Shown here: positions 24,385 to 29,799 of the stretch, piece after piece
How positions within the stretch are numbered: the first letter of the stretch is position 1
Layout of the letters: every line of letters begins with the position of its first letter
DNA from: Nitrospirota bacterium
Lineage (GTDB): Bacteria; Nitrospirota; Thermodesulfovibrionia; Thermodesulfovibrionales; JdFR-86
NCBI GenBank assembly: GCA_030667205.1
Contig: DAOUWH010000001.1
Coordinates: 1 to 29,799 of the forward strand
Direction: 5' to 3'
Length of the DNA stretch: 29,799 bases
Program-made: the position numbers and the translations under genes
The notes under the pieces: generated by a model
Told to the model about the DNA's origin: nothing
What the model saw: the letters and a program-made list of their open reading frames with translations, nothing else
Databases searched by the model: none

Positions 24385-24963
24385 ATGGCCCTTAAGGAGC
24401 AGGTTTTCGAAATGCACAATGTGATTGACGACATGGTGGAATGCATAGACTCGCTTTATACGGGGTTCATATACAATAACCTTATGCTTATCGGAGAGGC
24501 CGAGAGCGTGGTGGAATCGGCAGGCAGCCGCACGGCCGCCCTTACCGAGGGACTGGCTGGGGAGGCCGGGGCAGAGCCCTATGTCTCGGTGCCTTCTCAC
24601 ATAGCGCAGATGGCCGAGGGACTCGGGCGCGTTGTGCCGAGCCTGAAGAGCAAGATCAAGGAGGACGTGCTCTTCAGCGACCGTGCCATGGCTGAACTCG
24701 ATTATATGTTCGAGAGGACGCGGGACATCCTCATAAGCACCAGGGACCTGGTGCTTGCCCGAAATGTGCTGATATCCAGACATGTGGAGGAGGCCCAGCG
24801 GGCCGTCGAGAAGATGGCCGACACGTATGCCACCCGATACGAAGACAGTCTGGTAGGGGGCCTTAGCACTCCCCGGTCCTCTCAGCTTTATATCCGGATG
24901 CTCGATGCCTTCAAGGTCATTTCCTGGCACGCAAAGGAGATCGCGAAAGACCTTGCCGGATAG
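24385..24963 (+). CDS. Stand-alone PhoU-like helical protein (resembles the C-terminal PhoU domains of Na/Pi cotransporters)
   Basis: LFSDRAMAELDYMF...RYEDSLVGGLSTPRSSQLYIRMLDAFKVISWHAKEIA. Start moved to ATG 24385 (AGGAGG 5 nt upstream). Confidence 0.6.
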   Translation: MALKEQVFEMHNVIDDMVECIDSLYTGFIYNNLMLIGEAESVVESAGSRTAALTEGLAGEAGAEPYVSVPSHIAQMAEGLGRVVPSLKSKIKEDVLFSDRAMAELDYMFERTRDILISTRDLVLARNVLISRHVEEAQRAVEKMADTYATRYEDSLVGGLSTPRSSQLYIRMLDAFKVISWHAKEIAKDLAG

Positions 24964-25897
24964 TTTTACGCCTGCATATCTGTTGCTGACAGAGGCGGAG
25001 CTTGCCCGAAGGGTTGAGGCCGCGGAGAAAGTCCTCCGGCACTGCCGCCTCTGCCCGAGGGCCTGCGAGGTCGACAGGACCGACGGCGAGAAGGGCTTCT
25101 GCCGCATACTCGATAAACATGTAGTCTCCAGCTGGGGGCCGCACTTCGGCGAGGAAAGGCCGCTTGTGGGCCGTTCCGGCTCGGGCACCATATTCTTTGC
25201 GGGCTGCAACCTGGGCTGCATATTCTGCCAGAACTGGCAGATAAGCCATGCCGCCGAAGGCGCGGAGGTCTCCACCGAAAGGCTCGCGGACGTTATGCTT
25301 GAGCTGCAGGACGGGGGCTGCCACAACATAAACTTCGTCACCCCCACGCACCAGACGCCCATGATACTGCGCGCGTTGCTTGTAGCGCGCAAGGCCGGGT
25401 TCAGGCTGCCCCTTGTGTACAACTGCGGGGGCTATGAATCCCTCGATACCCTGAAGCTGCTTGACTGGATAGTGGACATATACATGCCGGATTTCAAATA
25501 CTCCGACCCCGGGCCTGCGAAGAAATATTCAAAGGCCGCTGACTACCCCCAAGTCGCCCGGGCCGCCCTGAAGGAGATGCACCGGCAGGTGGGCGACCTG
25601 GTTATCGACCCCGGAGGGGTCGCCCTGAGAGGACTTTTGCTGAGGCACCTCGTCCTGCCCGGCGGCCTCGCGGGCACCGGAGAGGTCGTCAGGTTCGTTG
25701 CGGAGGAAATCTCAAAGGACACATATATCAATATAATGGACCAGTACCACCCCTGCTACAAGGCCTTCGAACACCCGCCCCTTGACAGGGGGCTCACTGC
25801 CGGCGAGTACGAGGGGGCCGTCCGGATGGCCCTCGATGCCGGCCTCAAGAGGATAGACGGCATTACCGTCTCTCGAAGGGTACGCTTTAGTCTCTGA
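24953..25897 (+). CDS. Radical SAM protein, PflX-like (PFL-activating-enzyme-like family)
   Basis: CRLCPRAC, HFGEE, SGTIFF, CNLGCIFC (CxxxCxxC), HNINFVTP, YMPDFKY, RHLVLPG, NIMDQYHP. Start placed at TTG 24953 (GGAG upstream), uncertain. Confidence 0.88.
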   Translation: MPDSFTPAYLLLTEAELARRVEAAEKVLRHCRLCPRACEVDRTDGEKGFCRILDKHVVSSWGPHFGEERPLVGRSGSGTIFFAGCNLGCIFCQNWQISHAAEGAEVSTERLADVMLELQDGGCHNINFVTPTHQTPMILRALLVARKAGFRLPLVYNCGGYESLDTLKLLDWIVDIYMPDFKYSDPGPAKKYSKAADYPQVARAALKEMHRQVGDLVIDPGGVALRGLLLRHLVLPGGLAGTGEVVRFVAEEISKDTYINIMDQYHPCYKAFEHPPLDRGLTAGEYEGAVRMALDAGLKRIDGITVSRRVRFSL

Positions 25898-25916
25898 TAA
25901 TTGCCTTGAACTCGGC

Positions 25917-27836
25917 TTAATAGCCCATTCGCTCAAGCGCTTTTAGCTGCTGGGCGCCTTGACGGGGGAATCTCTGGTAGATAGCCCTGGCCTCTGCGTA
26001 CTTTTTAAGGGCGAAAAGGGCGTCTGCCTTGGCAATATGGCATGTGGGGTTGTCCGGCATCCCCATGAGGAGCACGTTCTCGGTGTTCACGATCTCGTTG
26101 AATATCCACATCTTGTCCATGTTGTAGCGGGAGATGATTTCCCGGTTCCTCTTGACGTCCCGGACGAAAACCGCGCTGTTGTTTCTCAGGAATACGAGCT
26201 TCCACTGGTCCTCTTCCACGAGGGCCGGAGCCAGTGGGATTATGTGGCCCGATTCCCTGAAGACAACAGGTATAACGATGAAGTTTATGTTGTATGCATC
26301 GAGCTGTTTCCGCCATTCGGGGAAGGTCTTCAGTATTGCGTCTGCGGCCCAGGAGACGTTGCTGTCTATGGCCCTGCCGTCTATAAAGACATTGTACTGG
26401 GGATAGAGCCGCCAGATCATAAACCCTCCCCACGTATAAAAATTATACATTGGCCCCTGGGGCTGCGCTTCTTCGAGGAAGTTCGAAAGGGCAACCGGAT
26501 ACCACGGCGTAATCCATCCGCGAGCAACCGCAGGCCGCAGCATCAAATGCAGGATGCCTGAGTACGTAGTGGTAAGGAAGCCCACGGTGAGCACCAGCAG
26601 AAGGGCTATGACTACATAGAAGAGCTTTCTGTAATTTATCGGCGGGAGTCTGAACTCCAGGGCTGTTTTCCCCATGTAAAACGGAAGCACCGTGAGGGAG
26701 AACATCAGGCCCCTTGCGTAGTAGTTCGCAAAAAACGTAATCATGCCTGCGGCAAACAGCTCGGCAAAATCTATTTTCCGCCTGGCGATGTACTTGATGA
26801 ACAGGCTTAGAAACAGCACGCCCGTGAATATCCAGTAGAACATTATCCACTTGTAGCGCAGGGTGTCGTAAAAATAGTAAAGGGGCTTGAATTCAAGCAC
26901 TACTGTCTCGACCCAGCCCGTTTTGCCGCCGCCTGCGACGGTCTGTGAGAAGTCCCTTATAAACCTTAAGCTCAGGCCTGTGAAATATTCATAGAAGAGG
27001 TGATAGGTGTTGGGGTTGATGAAAGACGCACCTATCGATACAGCGCATATTACGAAGAAAACCGGATGGGTCCCCTCGCGGGCGGGGCCCCTGAGCCTGT
27101 GCCAGAGAAACGAAAGGGCCTCTGCGCCGAAGTAAATAAGAATTATTATGTTGCCCACGATGAAGCCCGCGTGCAGGTTCGACCACAGCGCCATGAGTGC
27201 GGGCATGAGCACCATGGAGATGTCGAACCTCCGGGCCCCGGAACTGCGGAGCCTCTCAAGGAGCATGATCAGGAGAAGGACCAGCAGAAATGAGAACCCC
27301 TGTGGCCTCTCGAACGCGTAGAAAAGCTGAAGCGTCAGGAGCACCCCGGGCAGGGTCACAATCCCGAGGGCCGCATAATGGTTCATCCCCTTTCTTATGA
27401 GCCAGAGAAATATCGCGAGCATCGGCAGTATGATGAGTACATTTCTTAACATCACCACCCCGGCCACTCCTCCGCCCCTTTCGGCGAGGGCGAAGACGAC
27501 CTGCCCGAGCCACTGGCTCCTGAGCCCCCTTATCTGAATGTCGGAGAGTGGCTTCGGTGTCGTGTAGGAGAAGGGGTCCTCACTGGGGAGTTCCATGTTC
27601 TGGAGGATGTAGTCCCCGGTCTTGAGGTGCCACCACACGTCCGGGTCGTTCAGGGGATACTTCAGGGCGAGGCTGAAGAGATAGACAAAGAACAGCACCG
27701 AAAGCAGCACCCTGGGGGCCAGTCTGAACACTGTGATTTTTATATCCGGCTTTACATCCTGCCGGGAAGAATTTTTATCTTCGGGCTCGGATTCTTTGCC
27801 CTGTTTTTTTAGTTTTTTATCCCGTTTTCCTGCCAT
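25917..27836 (-). CDS. Polytopic membrane protein, putative GT-C-type glycosyltransferase with C-terminal TPR-like helix pair
   Basis: DPDVWWHL..G in the first external loop, about 10-12 hydrophobic segments, ERPQGFS, LWSNLHAGF, YNFYTWGG...VFIDGR; coupled to manC. Confidence 0.55.
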   Translation of the reverse strand: MAGKRDKKLKKQGKESEPEDKNSSRQDVKPDIKITVFRLAPRVLLSVLFFVYLFSLALKYPLNDPDVWWHLKTGDYILQNMELPSEDPFSYTTPKPLSDIQIRGLRSQWLGQVVFALAERGGGVAGVVMLRNVLIILPMLAIFLWLIRKGMNHYAALGIVTLPGVLLTLQLFYAFERPQGFSFLLVLLLIMLLERLRSSGARRFDISMVLMPALMALWSNLHAGFIVGNIIILIYFGAEALSFLWHRLRGPAREGTHPVFFVICAVSIGASFINPNTYHLFYEYFTGLSLRFIRDFSQTVAGGGKTGWVETVVLEFKPLYYFYDTLRYKWIMFYWIFTGVLFLSLFIKYIARRKIDFAELFAAGMITFFANYYARGLMFSLTVLPFYMGKTALEFRLPPINYRKLFYVVIALLLVLTVGFLTTTYSGILHLMLRPAVARGWITPWYPVALSNFLEEAQPQGPMYNFYTWGGFMIWRLYPQYNVFIDGRAIDSNVSWAADAILKTFPEWRKQLDAYNINFIVIPVVFRESGHIIPLAPALVEEDQWKLVFLRNNSAVFVRDVKRNREIISRYNMDKMWIFNEIVNTENVLLMGMPDNPTCHIAKADALFALKKYAEARAIYQRFPRQGAQQLKALERMGY

Positions 27837-29256
27837 ATGAGTCGTCAGACCTTATTATATCATCTTCGCCGAGGTACTCGCCGCTCTGGATCTCTATGAT
27901 CCTCAGCGGCACAAGACCGGTGTTCTCCAGCCTGTGCATGACGGTGGCAGGGATGAAGGTGCTTTCGTTTTTATGGACGAAGAACGTCTCTTCGCCCTTC
28001 GTTACCTTTGCCGTGCCCGCGACCACAATCCAGTGCTCCGAGCGGTGGTTGTGCATCTGGAGGCTCAGCTTTGCCCTGGGCTTCAGGTAGATGTGCTTTA
28101 TCTGGTGGTTGGGGCCTTTCTCGAGCACCGAGAACCAGCCCCACGGCCTGTCCTCGACCTTAGGGGAGAGGTACTCCTCTTTGCCCTCCTCCTTGAGCCT
28201 GCCGACGAGGTCTTTGACCTTCTGTACCTGGTCCTTCGGGGCGATGAGGGTTGCGTCGGAGGTGTCCACGACTACCATGTCTTTGAGGCCGATGGCGGCT
28301 ATGAGCCTGCCGCCGCCGAAGAATATCGAGTCGCTGCAATCTATTCCGACGACATTGCCAAGGGAGATATTCCCCTCCGTATCCCTGTCGAGGACCTCGT
28401 CCAGAGCGCTCCAGCTGCCGATGTCCGACCAGGGGAAGCCCGCCGCTACCATCACGACCTTTTTGGACTTCTCCATGATGCCGTAGTCTATGGAGACGCT
28501 ATCGAGAGAGCCGTACATGTTGGCCAGGGCGGCGTCTTCCTTCTTTGTGTTCAGCGCGGCCCCGATGCCAGAGAAAGCCTTGTGCATCCCGGGCATGTAT
28601 TTTTTGAGTTCCTCTATAATCACCGATGCCTTAAAGAGGAACATCCCGCTGTTCCAGTAATAGGAGCCTTCCTTGATGAAGGATCTGGCGGTCCTCATGG
28701 CGGGCTTTTCCACGAACTTCTGTACGCGGGAGACCCCGCCCCGGAGCCTGCTGCCTGCCTTAATGTAGCCGTAGCCCGTCTCGGGCCTTGCGGGTTTTAT
28801 GCCGAGTGTGACGATGTTGCCTTTTTGGGCCTCTTCGGCGGCTCGCCTCACGGTGGCCCTGAACCCCTCGGTGTCGGTTATATAGTGGTCCGATGGCAGA
28901 ACGAGCATGAGGGCCCTGGGGTTTTTCTTGTGGAGCTTAAAGGCCGCAAGGGCTATGGCGGCCGCGGTGTTTTTGCCCTCGGGCTCGATTACGCACTTGA
29001 CGTCATCCAGAACCTCCATAAGCTGCCACTTGACGAGGTCGCTCTGGCCAGCCGTCGTGACTATAAGGATGTTTGAGGGCTTCACCTCGCCGTAGAGCCT
29101 ATGGATCGTCTCCTGGATGAGGGTCCTTTCGCCCACTATCTTGAGGAACTGCTTTGGGAACGTCTCGCGCGAGAGGGGCCAGAACCTGGTGCCCTTTCCG
29201 CCTGCCATGATTACTGCATAGAGGTCTTTGTTTATTCCATGTTTAGTGCCGGCCAT
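27817..29256 (-). CDS. manC: Mannose-1-phosphate guanylyltransferase / mannose-6-phosphate isomerase
   Basis: AGGKGTRFWPLSR..PKQF, EPEGKNTA, LPSDH, WNSGMF, SIDYGIME, WSDIGSW; C-terminal cupin RPWG...LSLQMHNHRSEHW. Confidence 0.95.
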   Translation of the reverse strand: MAGTKHGINKDLYAVIMAGGKGTRFWPLSRETFPKQFLKIVGERTLIQETIHRLYGEVKPSNILIVTTAGQSDLVKWQLMEVLDDVKCVIEPEGKNTAAAIALAAFKLHKKNPRALMLVLPSDHYITDTEGFRATVRRAAEEAQKGNIVTLGIKPARPETGYGYIKAGSRLRGGVSRVQKFVEKPAMRTARSFIKEGSYYWNSGMFLFKASVIIEELKKYMPGMHKAFSGIGAALNTKKEDAALANMYGSLDSVSIDYGIMEKSKKVVMVAAGFPWSDIGSWSALDEVLDRDTEGNISLGNVVGIDCSDSIFFGGGRLIAAIGLKDMVVVDTSDATLIAPKDQVQKVKDLVGRLKEEGKEEYLSPKVEDRPWGWFSVLEKGPNHQIKHIYLKPRAKLSLQMHNHRSEHWIVVAGTAKVTKGEETFFVHKNESTFIPATVMHRLENTGLVPLRIIEIQSGEYLGEDDIIRSDDSYGRKTG

Positions 29257-29270
29257 AGAGCGCCTTCTGT

Positions 29271-29799
29271 TTAATCCTTCTCTTTCGTCCTTCCCCCGGA
29301 AGGATATTTTTTGAGACCGAGGGACTGCATAATGCGGTTTTTAATCTCATCGAGCTTCAGCCGCCAGGGGAGGAACATGGCCTCTCCGATGATGCTCTTT
29401 GACATCTTGGAGGCCCCGTGGGTCCTTTCCGTAAACACTATGGGGATTTCCCTGACCCTCATGCCCATGCGCCAGACCCGGTAGGCCATCTCTATCTGGA
29501 AGGCATAGCCCTCGGAGCGCACGGCGTCGAGGTAGATGGACTCAAGTGCCCTGCGGCTGAATGCCCTGAAGCCGCTGGTCATGTCCGTAAGGCGGGTGCC
29601 GAGGAGGCGGGTGGCGTAAAAATTCCCGGCTCTCGAAAGCAGGAGCCTACTGAAGCCCCAGCCCACCACGCTTATCATCCCTCCTATGTACCTTGAGCCC
29701 ACGACAAGGTCTGACCCGCCCTTTATCTCCTCGATAAAACGGGGGAGCGCCAGAGGGTCGTGCGAGAAGTCGGAATCCATCTCTATGAAACAATCATAG
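29271..29799 (-). CDS. Polyprenol-phosphate mannose synthase (GT2, Dpm1/Ppm1-like), 5'-truncated by the window edge
   Basis: EMDSDFSHDP, DLVVGSRY, TDMTSGFRAF, GYAFQIEM, EIPIVFTER..G.SKMS; the frame stays open to the window end. Confidence 0.88.
   Translation of the reverse strand, partial: YDCFIEMDSDFSHDPLALPRFIEEIKGGSDLVVGSRYIGGMISVVGWGFSRLLLSRAGNFYATRLLGTRLTDMTSGFRAFSRRALESIYLDAVRSEGYAFQIEMAYRVWRMGMRVREIPIVFTERTHGASKMSKSIIGEAMFLPWRLKLDEIKNRIMQSLGLKKYPSGGRTKEKD

Noticed and set aside
24385-24963. DsrT assignment for the gene divergent from dsrA
   Set aside because: The sequence resembles PhoU-type repeats rather than the RsbRD-N-like DsrT, and no dsrMKJOP follows.
24160-25422. 420-aa minus-strand ORF ending upstream of dsrA
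   Set aside because: Overlaps two well-supported plus-strand genes; no family motifs.
27934-29076. 380-aa plus-strand ORF
   Set aside because: Antisense shadow of manC.
1-29799. CRISPR array, tRNA/rRNA, integrase or transposase
   Set aside because: No spaced repeats, RNA-gene signatures or recombinase motifs seen; nearly all sequence is accounted for by CDS.

Overview
GC-rich bacterial chromosomal window with no mobile elements, RNA genes or CRISPR array that I can see. It encodes reductive-type dsrA-dsrB-dsrD-dsrN, so the host is probably an anaerobic sulfate/sulfite reducer. The short DsrA and atypical DsrD suggest a non-Desulfovibrio lineage, possibly Nitrospirota/Thermodesulfovibrionia-like (inference only). 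Left to right: (1) start of a secreted-protein gene cut by the window edge; (2) an Opu-type quaternary-amine ABC importer; (3) divergent from it, a tightly coupled six-gene corrinoid methyl-transfer operon: stand-alone MetH-type activation domain, two non-pyrrolysine MttB-family methyltransferases, a pterin-binding methyltransferase, a corrinoid protein and an orphan 417-aa SAM methyltransferase; (4) a convergent asparagine-synthetase-like ligase whose glutaminase Cys1 is missing; (5) housekeeping yajC-HD-secD-secF-recJ; (6) a HEAT-like gene with a candidate leaderless, FNR/CRP class II promoter; (7) an ECF sigma factor plus a membrane-anchored vWA protein with a candidate second internal start; (8) dsrABD-dsrN, with a perfect 36-bp palindrome between dsrB and dsrD; (9) a PhoU-like and radical SAM pair divergent from dsrA; (10) polyprenol-P-mannose synthase, manC and a GT-C-like membrane protein. 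The best candidate for an undescribed system is the methyl-transfer island (209-11004). All family assignments come from motif recognition by eye; no database searches were run.
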